Counted from the stretch's first letter, positions 1-11,389 are shown. The stretch is DNA of 64,000 nucleotides from Gammaproteobacteria bacterium (GCA_050287605.1 JBNKCG010000037.1:5389-69388); one strand, 5' to 3'. Notes: generated from the sequence alone by a model not told the origin. Program-made: numbers and translations.

Positions 1-452
1 AGGTTGCAGGCGTCCAGACGCCCGCCCAGTCCGACCTCCAGGATGACCACGTCCGGCTCGGCGCGCATGAAACCGTCGACGGCGGCGAGGGTGGCGAACT
101 CGAAATAGGTGAGTGCTGCGTCGCCGCGCACCGTGTCGACGCGCGCGAACGCCTCGCACAGCGCCGCATCGTCCAGCTCCGTGCCCCCGATTCGCACCCG
201 CTCGTTGTAGCGCAGCAGATGAGGCGAGGTGTAGGCGGCTACCCGATAGCCGGCTGCCCCCCAGATCGCTTCCAACAGCGCCACGCTGGAACCCTTGCCG
301 TTGGTTCCCGCGACGGTGACCAGCGGCCAGGGCGGCGCCGGATGCCCGAGGCGCTCCCAGACGTCGCGGACGCGCTCCAGCCCCAGATCGATGCGCGCGG
401 TCGAACCGCTGTCCAGCCAATCGAGCCACTGCTGCAATCGGGTAAAACGCAT
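1..452 (-). CDS. folC: Folylpolyglutamate synthase / dihydrofolate synthase FolC, 5' part only (3' end lies beyond the window start)
   Basis: Minus-strand translation from the ATG at 452 gives MRFTRLQQWLDWLDSGS...VTVAGTNGKGSSVALLEAIW...YTSPHLLRYNERVRI. The GTNGKGS P-loop and SPHL motif are typical of FolC and Mur ligases. Lies downstream of accD as in E. coli and Pseudomonas. Absent from the ORF track because it runs off the window edge. Confidence 0.8.
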   Translation of the reverse strand, partial: MRFTRLQQWLDWLDSGSTARIDLGLERVRDVWERLGHPAPPWPLVTVAGTNGKGSSVALLEAIWGAAGYRVAAYTSPHLLRYNERVRIGGTELDDAALCEAFARVDTVRGDAALTYFEFATLAAVDGFMRAEPDVVILEVGLGGRLDACN

Positions 453-502
453 GGCGGAGATCGACCTCGCGCGGCGCGAAGCGGGACGGCGCCGCCGTCG
501 GT

Positions 503-1363
503 TCAGGCAGGTTGCTTGGTGAAGATGGCGAGCAGGCTGGCGATGCGTTCGCGCAGGTCGCGGCGGTCGACGATCATGTCCACTGCCCCGTGGGTCAGCA
601 GGAACTCGCTGCGCTGAAAGCCCTCGGGCAGGGTCTCGCGCACCGTCTGCTGGATGACCCGCGGACCGGCAAATCCGATCAGTGCCCCCGGTTCGGCGAT
701 GTTGACATCGCCCAGCATCGCGAGGCTGGCGGAGACGCCACCGGTGGTGGGATCAGTGAGCACCGAGATGAAGGGGATCCCGTTTTCGGCCAGCCGCGCC
801 AGAGCAGCGCTGGTCTTGCTCATCTGCATCAGGGAAAACAGCGCCTCCTGCATGCGCGCCCCGCCGCTGGCGGAGAAACAGACCAGGGGGATGCGCTCCT
901 CCAAAGCGATATGCGCACCTTGAACGAAGCGCTCGCCCACTACCGAGCCCATGGACCCGCCCATGAAAGCGAACTCGAAGGCCGCGGCCACCAGCGGACG
1001 GCCTTTCAGCGCCCCTTTCATCACGATCAGCGCATCGGTCTCGCCGGTACCCTTCTGCGCCTGGACGATGCGGTCACGATACTTTTTGCTGTCGCGGAAT
1101 TTGAGGACGTCTACCGGCTCCAGCTTGGCGCCGATCTCCTCGCGCGGTTCGGCGTCGAGAAACCCATCGAGACGCTTGCGCGCTCCGATGCGCATATGGT
1201 GGGCGCACTTGGGGCATACCTCCAGATTGCGCTCCAGCTCGGGGCGATAGAGGATGGCGTTGCACGCGTCGCACTTGGTCCACAGCCCCTCGGGGACGGC
1301 GCGTTTCTGTCCGCCACCTTCGGTGCGAATGCGGCTCGGCATCAGTTTTTCAAACCAGCTCAT
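503..1363 (-). CDS. accD: Acetyl-CoA carboxylase carboxyltransferase beta subunit
   Basis: 286 aa. N-terminal zinc ribbon CDACNAILY...CPKCAHH and carboxyltransferase domain [14 protein letters not shown]. Conserved accD-folC pairing. Confidence 0.95.
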   Translation of the reverse strand: MSWFEKLMPSRIRTEGGGQKRAVPEGLWTKCDACNAILYRPELERNLEVCPKCAHHMRIGARKRLDGFLDAEPREEIGAKLEPVDVLKFRDSKKYRDRIVQAQKGTGETDALIVMKGALKGRPLVAAAFEFAFMGGSMGSVVGERFVQGAHIALEERIPLVCFSASGGARMQEALFSLMQMSKTSAALARLAENGIPFISVLTDPTTGGVSASLAMLGDVNIAEPGALIGFAGPRVIQQTVRETLPEGFQRSEFLLTHGAVDMIVDRRDLRERIASLLAIFTKQPA

Positions 1364-1432
1364 CGCGTTATCGACCTTTTCGGCTGGGCCGGCGGGAGGC
1401 TCCGCGGGCCATTATAAGTGATCCGGCCCGTC

Positions 1433-2248
1433 TCAGACGGCCGCGCGCTGCGGCAGCGCGGCGCGCATCTCGGCGACCAGCGAGGTGACGGCCAGGGTCA
1501 GCGCCTCGGTATCGGCGGCGTGTTCTTCCACCAGCGCCACCAGCGCACTGCCGACGATAACCGCATCGGCCACACCCCCTACGGCTGCCGCCGACGCGGC
1601 GTCCTTGATCCCGAACCCTACCCCGATGGGCAGAGCCGTATGCGGACGGATGCGCTCCAGTGCCTCGGCCACCGCGCGGGTATCGAGGCTGGCGGCGCCG
1701 GTAACGCCCTTGAACGAGACGTAGTAGAGAAACCCGCGCGCATGGCGCGCGATGGTTTCGATCCGCCCGGCGTTGCTGGTGGGCGCCACCAGATAGATGG
1801 GATCGATGCCGTGTTCGCTTAGCGCCGGACCGAACTCGCCCGCCTCTTCCGGCGGCAGATCCACCGTAATGACGCCGTCCACGCCCGCCGCTGCGGCCTC
1901 GCGCGCAAAACTGGCATAGCCGAGCACTTCGATGGGGTTGAGATACCCCATGAGGACCACCGGGGTCGCACTGTCCTGGCTGCGAAACGCGCTCACCATG
2001 GCGAGCACCTGACGCAGGCTGACGTGGTGTTCAAGAGCGCGCTCGGCGGCGCGCTGGATCACCGGACCATCGGCCATGGGGTCGGAAAAGGGTACGCCCA
2101 GCTCGATGACGTCGGCCCCGGCGGCAACCAGGGCGTGCATCAGCGGCACCGTGGCATCGGGCCCGGGATCGCCGGCGGTAATGTAGGTCACCAATGCGGC
2201 ACGCCCTTCGCCGCGCAGCACCTGAAAGCGTGACTCGATGCGGCTCAT
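1433..2248 (-). CDS. trpA: Tryptophan synthase alpha chain
   Basis: 271 aa. [20 protein letters not shown]...[17 protein letters not shown] is a typical TrpA N-terminus. The ATG overlaps the trpB stop by 4 nt (ATGA). Confidence 0.95.
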   Translation of the reverse strand: MSRIESRFQVLRGEGRAALVTYITAGDPGPDATVPLMHALVAAGADVIELGVPFSDPMADGPVIQRAAERALEHHVSLRQVLAMVSAFRSQDSATPVVLMGYLNPIEVLGYASFAREAAAAGVDGVITVDLPPEEAGEFGPALSEHGIDPIYLVAPTSNAGRIETIARHARGFLYYVSFKGVTGAASLDTRAVAEALERIRPHTALPIGVGFGIKDAASAAAVGGVADAVIVGSALVALVEEHAADTEALTLAVTSLVAEMRAALPQRAAV

Positions 2249-3459
2249 ATGGCGATCCCCTCCAGCGCGGCGACGGTGTGGATGTCCTTGTCCCCCCTTC
2301 CCGAAAGGTTGACCACGATCACCCGATCAGGACCCAGCTCCTGCGCCAGCCGCTCGGCGTAGGCAATGGCATGGCTGGACTCCAGCGCCGGCATGATGCC
2401 CTCGACGCGGGTGAGGCGGTGAAAGGCCCGCAACGCGTCGTCATCGCTGGCGGCGACGTAGTTGGCGCGGCCGCTGTCCTTGAGCCAGGCGTGCTCCGGA
2501 CCCACGCCGGGGTAGTCGAGACCGGCGGAGATGGAGTGGGTCTCGATGATCTGCCCGTCGCCATCCTCCATCAAATAGGTACGGTTGCCGTGCAGCACGC
2601 CCGGACGACCGGCGCAGAGCGGCGCCGCGTGGCGGCCGCTGGCCAGGCCGTCGCCGGCGGCTTCCACGCCGTACAGCGCCACAGACGTATCCGCGAGGAA
2701 GGGGTGGAACAGGCCGATGGCATTGGAGCCACCGCCGACACAGGCCACCAGCGCGTCGGGCAGACGCCCTTCGGCCTCGAGGATCTGGGCCCGCGCCTCG
2801 CGGCCGATCACCGCCTGAAAATCGCGCACCATCATGGGATACGGGTGCGGGCCGGCGACGGTGCCGATGATGTAGAAGGTGTTGTCCACGTTGGTGACCC
2901 AGTCGCGCATCGCTTCGTTGAGCGCGTCCTTGAGGGTCTTGGAGCCCGACTCCACCGCCACCACCCGGGCGCCCAGCAGACGCATGCGGTAGACGTTGAT
3001 GGCTTGGCGCTTGATGTCCTCCGAGCCCATGTAGACCACGCACTCCAGACCCAGGCGCGCCGCCACGGTGGCGGTGGCCACCCCGTGCTGGCCGGCGCCG
3101 GTTTCGGCGATGATGCGGGTCTTGCCCATGCGCCGCGCCAGCAGCGCTTGGCCGATGCAGTTGTTCACCTTGTGGGCGCCGGTGTGGTTGAGATCTTCGC
3201 GCTTGAGATAGATGCGCGCACCGCCGATCTCGCGGCTCAGACGTGACGCAAAATAGAGCGGCGACGGGCGGCCCACATAGTGGGCGAAATCGGCATCCAT
3301 TTCCGCCAGGAACTCGGGATCGGCGCAGTAGCGCCGGTAGGCGTCGCGCAACTCCTCCAGCGGCTGCATGAGCGTCTCGGCGACGAACTGTCCGCCGTAG
3401 GGTCCGAAATGCCCGCGCTCGTCGGGCAAGGTTGCGCCGGTTTCAACGGCCTTCTGCAT
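2245..3459 (-). CDS. trpB: Tryptophan synthase beta chain (start chosen at MQKAV; the ORF extends to 3498)
   Basis: [16 protein letters not shown], the PLP-site HTGAHKVNN and GGGSNAIG motifs. The ORF-track start at 3498 adds 13 non-conserved residues. Overlaps the trpF 3' end. Confidence 0.9.
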   Translation of the reverse strand: MQKAVETGATLPDERGHFGPYGGQFVAETLMQPLEELRDAYRRYCADPEFLAEMDADFAHYVGRPSPLYFASRLSREIGGARIYLKREDLNHTGAHKVNNCIGQALLARRMGKTRIIAETGAGQHGVATATVAARLGLECVVYMGSEDIKRQAINVYRMRLLGARVVAVESGSKTLKDALNEAMRDWVTNVDNTFYIIGTVAGPHPYPMMVRDFQAVIGREARAQILEAEGRLPDALVACVGGGSNAIGLFHPFLADTSVALYGVEAAGDGLASGRHAAPLCAGRPGVLHGNRTYLMEDGDGQIIETHSISAGLDYPGVGPEHAWLKDSGRANYVAASDDDALRAFHRLTRVEGIMPALESSHAIAYAERLAQELGPDRVIVVNLSGRGDKDIHTVAALEGIAI

Positions 3460-4069
3460 TACGTACTCCTCGAATAAAGGCGGCGATCTTAGCGGCATCC
3501 TTGATCCCCTTGGACGCCTCCACCCCGCCGCTCACATCCACCGCATCGGGATGGACTTGGCGGATCGCCTCTGCCACGTTATCCGGCGTCAGCCCGCCGG
3601 CCAGCACGATGGGTCGCGAACGCGTTGCGGGAATCCGACCCCAATCGAAGCGCATCCCGGTTCCCCCGTAGACACCCGGCTGGTAGGCATCCAGCAGAAT
3701 ACCCGCCGCGTCGGCGTAGTCGGCCATCACCCGCTCCAGCACTACCCCTTCGCGCATGCGCACTGCTTTGAGGTAGGGGCGGCGATAACGGCGGCATGCG
3801 TCCGGTGTCTCGTCACCGTGAAACTGCAGCATCCCCAGCGCAACCTGCTCGAGTACGTCTTCGACGAATGCGGGTTCAGGATTGACGAACAACCCCACCA
3901 CGGTAACCAGGGGCGGTAGCTGCTCCACCACCGCCCGCGCCTGTTCGACGCTGGCGTTACGCGGACTCGGCGGATAGAACACAATGCCGATGGCATCGGC
4001 CCCCAACCGAGCGGCGTCCACCCCGTCTTCGGGGCGGGTGATGCCACAGATTTTGATGCGTGTGCCCAC
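3443..4069 (-). CDS. trpF: N-(5'-phosphoribosyl)anthranilate isomerase
   Basis: 208 aa. [16 protein letters not shown]...[15 protein letters not shown]...QFHGDE...[11 protein letters not shown] is a TrpF TIM-barrel signature. Confidence 0.9.
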   Translation of the reverse strand: MGTRIKICGITRPEDGVDAARLGADAIGIVFYPPSPRNASVEQARAVVEQLPPLVTVVGLFVNPEPAFVEDVLEQVALGMLQFHGDETPDACRRYRRPYLKAVRMREGVVLERVMADYADAAGILLDAYQPGVYGGTGMRFDWGRIPATRSRPIVLAGGLTPDNVAEAIRQVHPDAVDVSGGVEASKGIKDAAKIAAFIRGVRNAEGR

Positions 4070-4215
4070 GGAATCGGCTGTCAGAAAAGGCGTTGAGCGT
4101 ACCAGAAATTCGAGCGAACCAATACTCGCAATTCAACCATACAGCGGCACGCCCGGGGCGCGCCTCGCGTCAGTCCGCGATACACCAGAACACCTCGCAT
4201 CACGGCCTCTGCGGT

Positions 4216-4983
4216 TCATCCAAGCGGCAACCCGAAGCGCGCCGGGTATTCCACCGCCATGAAGTAGAGCCCCTGCGGCGGAGCGGTCACGCCACCGAGG
4301 GACCGATCCCGGTACTCCAACACTTCGCGGGACCATTCGGGTTCACGCTCACTGCTGCCGATGGTGATCAACACGCCCGCGATGTTGCGAACCATGTGAT
4401 GCAGAAACGCGTTGGCTTCGATGTCGATGGCGATCACGTCACCGCTGCGTTCGACGCTCAGGCGGTGCACGGTGCGCACCGGACTCTTTGCCTGGCACGC
4501 CACCGCGCGGTACGAGGAAAAATCGTGCTCGCCGAGCAGATACTCGCCGCCTGTCTGCATGCGCCGGGCATCCAGCGGTTTGTGGATCCAGCTCATGCGG
4601 TTGCGCTGCAGCCCAGGGCGCACCCAGCGGTTGAGGATCAGGTAGCGATAGTGGCGTTTGACCGCGCCAAAGCGGGCGTGAAAATCATCCGCTACCGGTC
4701 GGGCCCAGGTTACCGTGAGATCCGGCGCAAGATTGGCGTTGCTGCCCAGTACCCAGGAGCGCTCGCTGCGCGCCGCATCAGTATCGAAATGCACGACCTG
4801 TCCGACGCCGTGCACGCCGGCGTCGGTGCGTCCGGCGCAAACCACCTGTATCGGGTGGTCGGCCACCCGGGAGAGCGCTTGCTCGAGGCATTCCTGCACG
4901 GTGCGCACACCCGCTTGGCGTTGCCAGCCGCTGAAGTCGGTACCGTCGTATTCGACGCCCAGCGCAACTCTCACTACCCGCAC
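4216..4983 (-). CDS. truA: tRNA pseudouridine(38-40) synthase
   Basis: 255 aa. LGVEYDGTDFSGWQRQ...VVCAGRTDAGVHGVGQVVHFD has the catalytic Asp in the RTDAGVH motif. Confidence 0.9.
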   Translation of the reverse strand: MRVVRVALGVEYDGTDFSGWQRQAGVRTVQECLEQALSRVADHPIQVVCAGRTDAGVHGVGQVVHFDTDAARSERSWVLGSNANLAPDLTVTWARPVADDFHARFGAVKRHYRYLILNRWVRPGLQRNRMSWIHKPLDARRMQTGGEYLLGEHDFSSYRAVACQAKSPVRTVHRLSVERSGDVIAIDIEANAFLHHMVRNIAGVLITIGSSEREPEWSREVLEYRDRSLGGVTAPPQGLYFMAVEYPARFGLPLG

Positions 4984-5000
4984 CTCGGCACGATGGAATC

Positions 5001-5032
5001 GTCCAAAACGAAAGGAGGGTCAGAGACCCTCC
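5001..5032 (-). terminator. Putative rho-independent terminator downstream of fimV
   Basis: 9-bp perfect stem aggagggtc / gaccctcct with a 3-nt loop. On the minus strand it is followed by tcgttttgg. Lies between the fimV stop (5091) and the truA start (4983). Confidence 0.45.
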
Positions 5033-5090
5033 TTCAACTGTCGGCGCAAACCCGCCGTAAGGGGCGGCTACCGCGCTACTGACCCGCGAT

Positions 5091-7991
5091 CTAGAGACTG
5101 GCGAGCAAATTCTCCGCCTCTTTGCGCTGCGCATCGCTGCCCTCTTTGGTGACCTCGTCGAGGATGTTGCGCGCGCCATCGGCATCACCCATATCGATAT
5201 AGGCCTTGGCCAGATCGAGCTTGGTTGCCACCATATCGGCTTCGCCGTCGCTCCCGCTCTCGTCCAGCGGTACGGCCGTGAAATCCAGGACCGCGGTCGA
5301 TTCGAGATCTTCGGTCGGTTCGGCGACGTGAGCGCCGCTGAGATCGGCTTCGTCCTCGTCGGGGACATCGGGAACCTCGAGCCCCATCCCGGTAATATCC
5401 CACTCGATGGAGAAATCGCGGTCTTCCGCCATCGAGGCATCGTCCGGCTCCACCGCCGCCGGCTCCTCGGCCTCGGCCGCCGGTGCGCCGGCTTCCTGGC
5501 GAAGTTTGTCGGTGTCGGTCTGGATGGTATCCAGTTCGAGATCGAAATCGGTCGAGCTGAGATCGGTGGCCGCGCTCGGCTCGTTGCCGAAATCGAGGTC
5601 CAGTCCGGAATCCTCCTCCTCGGCGGCAGTAGCCCCATCGAAGGCGAGATCCAGTCCCTCCTCCTCTTCGTCGTCCTGATCCGCGCCCAACAGCGTGGCA
5701 TCGAATTCCAACGCCTGCGACGGCTCACCCTCGATCTCGGGCAGCTCAAGCTCAGCTTCCTCTTCCGCCTCACCTTCACCGAGGTCAAAATCGAAATCCA
5801 GGCCTTGGTCATCCTCAGCCGCGGCTTCGGCATCCGCTTTCGCCTCGACGGCCCTTGCATCGAATCCGCCCATGTCGAATTCCACGCTCATGTCGTCATC
5901 GTCGGAGACCGCGGCCTCGGACTCAGACTCGGCCTGCGCCGCTTCACCGAACGGATCGAAGTCGATCCCGGTGTCCAGCGCTCCCGGCGGCAGCGTACTT
6001 TCGGCATCTGCCATCATGCCCGACCCGCCGCCGAACAGCGGATTGCCCGGACAGAGATCCTGGCCCATGAGCTGCAGCTTGTCCCACTCGGCGCCGCCGG
6101 CCGCCTGCAGTTCGCCGTGCACCTCTTCCACGACCGCCTCGAAGGCTTCACGGTCACGGGTGGCAAAATAGACCTCGAGAAGCTTGCCCTTCAGATCGGT
6201 GCGATCCGGGTGCTCTTCGAGCGTGCCCTTGATCAGCTCCTCGGCCTGCTGATAGCGTCCGTAGGCGAGGTAGACGTCTGCCTCGGCGATTACCTGCTCG
6301 ACGCCGCCCTTCTCCTCGTCGGACGCACGCGGCTCCTCTGCCTCAGGCTCATCGAAATCGGCGACCTCCATGGCTTCCGCGGCTGCCAAGATGTCGTCGT
6401 CGAGCACGACACCCTCCGCCCCGCCGTCATCGTCGGCAAAGGCGGTGCTGAAATCGGACGGTTGCGCCGCACGATCGCCACGGTGACGCACCATGAAGAA
6501 CAACAACAGCACCAGCAACAGCACGCCGCCGCCCACCGCGCCGAGCATGACCGGATCTCCCATCAGGATACCCAGCAGGTAGTCGCCGAAGCCTTTGGAG
6601 CTGGGTGCGGGCGCCGGGACCGGCTGCGGTGCGGGCGCGGGGGGAGTTGGTGTCGCTGCCTGGGGCGGCGGACTGGCCGCCTCGCCTTGCGTCGTCTCGG
6701 CCGCGGGCGCAGGCTGCTCGGCAGCGGGGGCCGCCTCGGAGCTGGCCGTCTCAGGCATCGCGGGCTCGGTTGCCGATGCGGCGGGCGTCTCCGTCGGCGC
6801 CGGCTCCGCGGCGGCAGGGGCGGATTCCGTCATCGCCGGCGCAGCCGCTTCCGCAGGGGTACCCTGCGCGCCTTCCTGCGCCTGCTTCAGCTGTGCCTGC
6901 AACGCGGCAAGTTCGTCGACCTTCAGCGTCACCATACGCTGCATGTCCGCCAGCTTCTCTTCCAGTTCGGAGACCTGGTTACGCAGCTCTTCGTTCTCCA
7001 GCCGCCGCGCTTCGGCCGCCTCCTTGGCTAGCGCCAGTTCGTGGTCCAGCCCGCCGGCTCCGCCGCCTGCGGCCTGTTCGCTGCCGGCGCCCCCACCCTC
7101 GGCGCCATCCTCGCTCTTGGGTGCCACCACCTCCAGGCGCGGTTGGGGTGCGGAAGCCATGGCCCCGGAATCGCCGCTCCCCGCGACGCGCTGCTGGCGA
7201 TAGGTCCGCCACTCGGCCACCTGGCGTCGTACCTCGGCGACGGCCTCCGCCTGATCGACGCTGAGCGCCTCCTGGGCGCTCGGGATGCGCAGCACGTAAC
7301 CCTCTTTCAACAAGTTGATGTTGTCGTTGATGAAGGCGTCGGGATTGGCGCGCAGGTAGGCCAGCATCGCCTGTTGTTCGCTCACCGACGCGCCGGCGAG
7401 CGTATCGCGCGCGATGGTCAGGAGATTGTCACCGCGGCGCACGCGATATTCGTCGGCTGCCGCCGGCATCATCCGCGTCGCGGGCATGGCGCGCGGCATG
7501 GTGGTCGATTGGGTCGGCGTCGCCGGCATCGTGGACTGCATAGGGGCCATCTGCGGGGGAGCCGCTGTGGGAGCCTGCACCGCCGGGGCGGCTTCGCGGG
7601 TTACGACGGGGGGATCCAGCAGCAGTGTGTACTCGCGCAGCAGACGGCCGTTCGGCCATTCAACCTTGAGCAGAAAACTGACGAAGGGCTCGCGAAACGC
7701 CTCCTTGGTGGTGATTTTGACGATGGTCTTGTCACCGCGCTGCGCGGTGGCGAAATTGAGACTGGCCAGGATAAAGGGACGATCGAGCCCGGCCTGTTCG
7801 AACTCTTCCCGCGACGCCAAGTTGACGCGCAGCTTTTCCAGGTCGCCGGGTTCCACGGAGCGCAATTCAACCTCAGCGTCCAACGGTTCGTTCAGTCGCG
7901 AATGTAGCGTGATTGCGCCGAGTCCGAGGGCGTGCGCGCCAGCGATGGGCAACAACGCAATCGCCAACGCCAACAACAGCTTCCGAAACAT
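5091..7991 (-). CDS. fimV: FimV-family peptidoglycan-binding protein (type IV pilus assembly / polar landmark), start at MFRKLLL
   Basis: Signal peptide, then a LysM motif (YRVRRGDNLLTIARD...LLKEGYVLRIP). Has a central Ala/Pro/Glu-rich low-complexity region, a single TM segment (LLGILMGDPVMLGAVGGGVLLLVLLLFF), a very acidic repeat region and the conserved FimV C-terminal motif KLDLAKAYIDMGDADGARNILDEV. Position between asd and truA matches Pseudomonas. The ORF-track start at 8096 is an over-extension. Confidence 0.8.
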   Translation of the reverse strand: MFRKLLLALAIALLPIAGAHALGLGAITLHSRLNEPLDAEVELRSVEPGDLEKLRVNLASREEFEQAGLDRPFILASLNFATAQRGDKTIVKITTKEAFREPFVSFLLKVEWPNGRLLREYTLLLDPPVVTREAAPAVQAPTAAPPQMAPMQSTMPATPTQSTTMPRAMPATRMMPAAADEYRVRRGDNLLTIARDTLAGASVSEQQAMLAYLRANPDAFINDNINLLKEGYVLRIPSAQEALSVDQAEAVAEVRRQVAEWRTYRQQRVAGSGDSGAMASAPQPRLEVVAPKSEDGAEGGGAGSEQAAGGGAGGLDHELALAKEAAEARRLENEELRNQVSELEEKLADMQRMVTLKVDELAALQAQLKQAQEGAQGTPAEAAAPAMTESAPAAAEPAPTETPAASATEPAMPETASSEAAPAAEQPAPAAETTQGEAASPPPQAATPTPPAPAPQPVPAPAPSSKGFGDYLLGILMGDPVMLGAVGGGVLLLVLLLFFMVRHRGDRAAQPSDFSTAFADDDGGAEGVVLDDDILAAAEAMEVADFDEPEAEEPRASDEEKGGVEQVIAEADVYLAYGRYQQAEELIKGTLEEHPDRTDLKGKLLEVYFATRDREAFEAVVEEVHGELQAAGGAEWDKLQLMGQDLCPGNPLFGGGSGMMADAESTLPPGALDTGIDFDPFGEAAQAESESEAAVSDDDDMSVEFDMGGFDARAVEAKADAEAAAEDDQGLDFDFDLGEGEAEEEAELELPEIEGEPSQALEFDATLLGADQDDEEEEGLDLAFDGATAAEEEDSGLDLDFGNEPSAATDLSSTDFDLELDTIQTDTDKLRQEAGAPAAEAEEPAAVEPDDASMAEDRDFSIEWDITGMGLEVPDVPDEDEADLSGAHVAEPTEDLESTAVLDFTAVPLDESGSDGEADMVATKLDLAKAYIDMGDADGARNILDEVTKEGSDAQRKEAENLLASL

Positions 7992-8240
7992 GGTCACTCC
8001 CTTTTTTGCGATGTCTCGGCCCCGCTGCATGGGCGGAACCCTTGTTCGGCCCCCACCGAATGCCGCGTCAGTTAGGCCCAATATTGGAGAATGCACTTTA
8101 TATTACTTATGTAACTATATTTTACAAATACCTTTTTACCAAAACTTGAGGAAATAGAACACCTTCAAATTGAGCTGCCCCTCCCCGACCGGGAGGCCGT
8201 GGGCATCGGCAGTCGACCCGCGACCCGGTGGGCTGGCGCC

Positions 8241-8277
8241 AAAAACGAAACGGAGGCGTCCAATTGCCGCCTCCGTT
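8241..8277 (-). terminator. Rho-independent terminator downstream of asd
   Basis: 10-bp perfect stem aacggaggcg / cgcctccgtt with a 9-nt loop. On the minus strand it is followed by tcgttttt. Located 25 nt after the asd stop. Confidence 0.6.
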
Positions 8278-8301
8278 CGATCCATCCGCCTGAGGTGCGG
8301 C

Positions 8302-9411
8302 TCACCCCTCGATCAGGATGCGTAGCATCCGCCGCAGCGGCTCGGCGGCACCCCACAACAGCTGGTCGCCCACCGTAAACGCCGTCAGATACTCGTTGCC
8401 CAGGGTCAGTTTGCGCAGACGGCCGATGGGTACGTTCAGCGTCCCGGTCACCGCAGCCGGGGTCAACTCGCGCACGCTGAGGTCGCGTTCGTTGGGGATC
8501 ACCTTGACCCAGTCGTTGTGCGCGGCCAGTAGCTGCGCCACGTCCGCCAACGGGACGTCTTTACTGAGTTTGATGGTCAGCGCCTGCGAGTGGCAGCGCA
8601 TGGCGCCCACCCGCACGCAGATGCCGTCGATGGGTACGGGCCGATCGGAGCGCCCCATGATCTTGTTGGCCTCCACCTGCGCCTTCCACTCTTCGCGGCT
8701 CTGGCCGGAGGGCAATTGGGTGTCGATCCAGGGGATCAGACTGCCGGCCAGCGGCACACCGAAGTTGTCACAAGGGTAGTCGCTGCTGCGCAGGAAGTCG
8801 GAGACGCGACGGTCCAGGTCGAGAATCGCACTGGCGGGATCGTCCACCAAATCCTGGCTCACGCCGTAGACGCTGCCCATCTGCTGGATCAGCTCGCGCA
8901 TGTGCTTGGCGCCGCCCCCCGAGGCCGCTTGGTAGGTATGGGGACTCACCCACTCCACCAGATCGGCGGCGAACAGTCCGCCCATGGCCATCAACATCAG
9001 ACTCACCGTGCAGTTGCCGCCGATGTAGTCCTTTACGCCCTTGGCCAGCCCCTCTTTGATCACCTGGCGGTTGACCGGATCGAGAACGATGATGCTGTCG
9101 TCGCTCATGCGCAGCGCCGAGGCGGCGTCGATCCAGTAGCCGTTCCAGCCCGCCTGGCGCAGCTGCGGATAGATCTCCTTGGTGTAGTCGCCGCCCTGGC
9201 AGGTGATGATCACCTCCATGGCCTTAAGCGCATCGACGCTCTTGGCGTCCTGAAGCGGTGGCACGCCCTTGCCCACATCCGGACCCGCTTCGCCCAACTG
9301 GGAGGTGGTGAAGAACACCGGCTCGATAAGGTCGAAATCGCGCTCATCCCGCATGCGTTGCATAAGGACCGAGCCCACCATACCGCGCCAACCAACCAGA
9401 CCCACTCTCAT
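8302..9411 (-). CDS. asd: Aspartate-semialdehyde dehydrogenase (start at [13 protein letters not shown])
   Basis: Rossmann motif [11 protein letters not shown]. Active-site region [13 protein letters not shown] with the catalytic Cys. About 370 aa, as for gammaproteobacterial Asd. Confidence 0.9.
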   Translation of the reverse strand: MRVGLVGWRGMVGSVLMQRMRDERDFDLIEPVFFTTSQLGEAGPDVGKGVPPLQDAKSVDALKAMEVIITCQGGDYTKEIYPQLRQAGWNGYWIDAASALRMSDDSIIVLDPVNRQVIKEGLAKGVKDYIGGNCTVSLMLMAMGGLFAADLVEWVSPHTYQAASGGGAKHMRELIQQMGSVYGVSQDLVDDPASAILDLDRRVSDFLRSSDYPCDNFGVPLAGSLIPWIDTQLPSGQSREEWKAQVEANKIMGRSDRPVPIDGICVRVGAMRCHSQALTIKLSKDVPLADVAQLLAAHNDWVKVIPNERDLSVRELTPAAVTGTLNVPIGRLRKLTLGNEYLTAFTVGDQLLWGAAEPLRRMLRILIEG

Positions 9412-9445
9412 CGCACCAACCCTCGAAGGTTCAATCAACAATACG

Positions 9446-10543
9446 CTAACCGCTCAGCGCCGCCACCACCGCGTCTCCCATCTCGCCGGTACCCACCTTG
9501 GTCATGCCCTCGGCGTAGATATCCGGCGTCCGCAGGCCCTGGTCCAGCACTTTGCTCACTGCCGCGTCCAGGCGATCGGCCAGCGCCCCTTCGCCCAGCG
9601 AGTAGCGCAGCATCATCGCCACCGACAGGATAGTGGCCAGCGGATTGGCGACTCCCTTGCCAGCGATGTCGGGCGCCGAACCGTGAATCGGCTCGTACAT
9701 GCCGATGTTCTCTGCGTTGAGGCTCGCCGACGGCAACATGCCGATGGAGCCGGTCAGCATCGCCGCGCAGTCGGAGAGAATGTCGCCGAACATGTTGGTG
9801 GTGACCATCACGTCGAACTGCTTCGGCGCGCGCACCAGCTGCATGGCGGCATTGTCCACGTACATGTGGCTCAGTTCCACTTCCGGGTAATCTCGGCCCA
9901 CCTCGATCATCACCTCGCGCCACAGCTCGGTGCACTCGAGCACGTTGGCCTTGTCCACCGAACAGAGGCGCTTGCCGCGCTTCATAGCAATGTCAAAGGC
10001 AACACGGCCGATGCGCGCAATCTCGGACTCGCTGTAGACCAGGGAGTTGAGGCCCACCCGCTGGCCGTCCTCGCGCTTGCTCACACCGCGCGGCTGGCCG
10101 AAGTAGATGCCGCCGGTCAGTTCGCGCACGATCAGGATATCGAGTCCCGCCACCACCTCCGGCTTCAGGGTCGAAGCGCTGGCGAGCTGGGGATAGAGAA
10201 TAGCCGGACGCAGATTGGCGAACAGCGCCAGCTCGGCGCGCAGCCCCAGCAAGCCGCGTTCCGGACGCACCGAATAGTCCAGCGGCTCCCACTTGGGGCC
10301 GCCCACCGCGCCGAGCAGGATCGAGTCGCAGGACTTGGCCAGCCTCAGCGTCTCCTCGGGCAGCGGCGTACCGGTGGCATCGTAGGCCACGCCGCCCACC
10401 AAAGCCTGCTCCATCTCCACCTGCAGACCGAAATCGGTGCGCAGACAGTCGAGCACCTTGACCGCCTCGGCGACGATCTCCACGCCAATCCCGTCGCCGG
10501 GGAGTACCAGTATCTTCTTGGTCATGTTTTCCTCGTTACTCAC
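9446..10543 (-). CDS. leuB: 3-isopropylmalate dehydrogenase
   Basis: [15 protein letters not shown]...NLRPAILY...NMFGDILSD...[14 protein letters not shown] are isocitrate/isopropylmalate dehydrogenase family motifs. The start may be the internal MTKK (10525). Confidence 0.92.
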   Translation of the reverse strand: MSNEENMTKKILVLPGDGIGVEIVAEAVKVLDCLRTDFGLQVEMEQALVGGVAYDATGTPLPEETLRLAKSCDSILLGAVGGPKWEPLDYSVRPERGLLGLRAELALFANLRPAILYPQLASASTLKPEVVAGLDILIVRELTGGIYFGQPRGVSKREDGQRVGLNSLVYSESEIARIGRVAFDIAMKRGKRLCSVDKANVLECTELWREVMIEVGRDYPEVELSHMYVDNAAMQLVRAPKQFDVMVTTNMFGDILSDCAAMLTGSIGMLPSASLNAENIGMYEPIHGSAPDIAGKGVANPLATILSVAMMLRYSLGEGALADRLDAAVSKVLDQGLRTPDIYAEGMTKVGTGEMGDAVVAALSG

Positions 10544-10636
10544 GCAATGCGGAAACTCCCGCCTGGCCGCACGGCGCCCAAAGTATACCTTTGTGCGAGC
10601 CGCACCGCCGCGGAGAGAAACCCGGGTTATTTAAGA

Positions 10637-11287
10637 TCAGGCGGTCGCCGCGGGAAACAGCCACGGCGCTTCGGCGCGACGACGCGCCTCGTAGGCCTTG
10701 ATGTCGTCGAGTTTCTGCAGCGTCAACCCGATATCGTCCAACCCCTCCAGCAGGCAGTGCTTGCGGAACGGATCGATGTCGAAGCCGATGGCAGTGCCGG
10801 CGGGCGTGGTCAGGGTCTGCTGCTGCAGATCGACGGTGAGCTCGTAGCCGGGCTGCGTCGCCACCTCGGCGAACAGGCGATCCAATTCGGCGCTCGGAAG
10901 CACGATGGGCAGCAGGCCGTTTTTGAAACAGTTGTTGAAAAAGATGTCGGCAAAGCTCGGCGCGATCACCACACGGAAACCGTAGTCCGCCAGCGCCCAC
11001 GGGGCATGCTCGCGCGACGAGCCGCAACCGAAGTTGTCGCGCGCCAGCAGAATGCGCGCACCCTGATAGCGCGCCTGGTTGAGCACGAACTCGGCGTTGA
11101 GCGGGCGCTGGGAGCAGTCCATCCCCGGCTCGCCGTGATCGGTATAGCGCCACTCGTCGAACAGATAGGGGCCGAACCCGGTACGGCCGATCATCTTCAG
11201 AAACTGCTTGGGAATGATGGCGTCGGTATCCACGTTGGCGCGATCCAACGGCGCGACGATGGCACTCAATTTCTCGAACTTGTTCAT
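10637..11287 (-). CDS. leuD: 3-isopropylmalate dehydratase small subunit (start at MNKFEKL)
   Basis: [31 protein letters not shown] is a typical LeuD N-terminus. The upstream ORF extension (to 11329) is not conserved. Confidence 0.92.
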   Translation of the reverse strand: MNKFEKLSAIVAPLDRANVDTDAIIPKQFLKMIGRTGFGPYLFDEWRYTDHGEPGMDCSQRPLNAEFVLNQARYQGARILLARDNFGCGSSREHAPWALADYGFRVVIAPSFADIFFNNCFKNGLLPIVLPSAELDRLFAEVATQPGYELTVDLQQQTLTTPAGTAIGFDIDPFRKHCLLEGLDDIGLTLQKLDDIKAYEARRRAEAPWLFPAATA

Positions 11288-11302
11288 GATTTCAGCCCTT
11301 TG

Positions 11303-11389
11303 TCTCGCGCAAAGACGCAAAGCGCGCAAAGGTCGCGAAGACTCAATTCAACACCTTGGCGTTCTTCGCGTTCTTGGCGTCTTTGCGCG
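11303..11389. repeat. Imperfect long inverted repeat (hairpin) in the leuC-leuD spacer
   Basis: tcgcgcaaagacgc ... gcgtctttgcgcga (14-bp perfect arms) plus cgcgaag / cttcgcg. The arms are about 60 bp apart. Confidence 0.4.

Noticed and set aside
5328-7031. 567-aa plus-strand ORF antisense to fimV (and the Ser/Ala-rich ORFs 5695..6171 and 6595..7264)
   Set aside because: Arg/Gly/Leu- or Ser/Ala-rich low-complexity translations typical of antisense frames in high-GC, repeat-containing DNA. No RBS. fimV on the other strand has clear domain structure.
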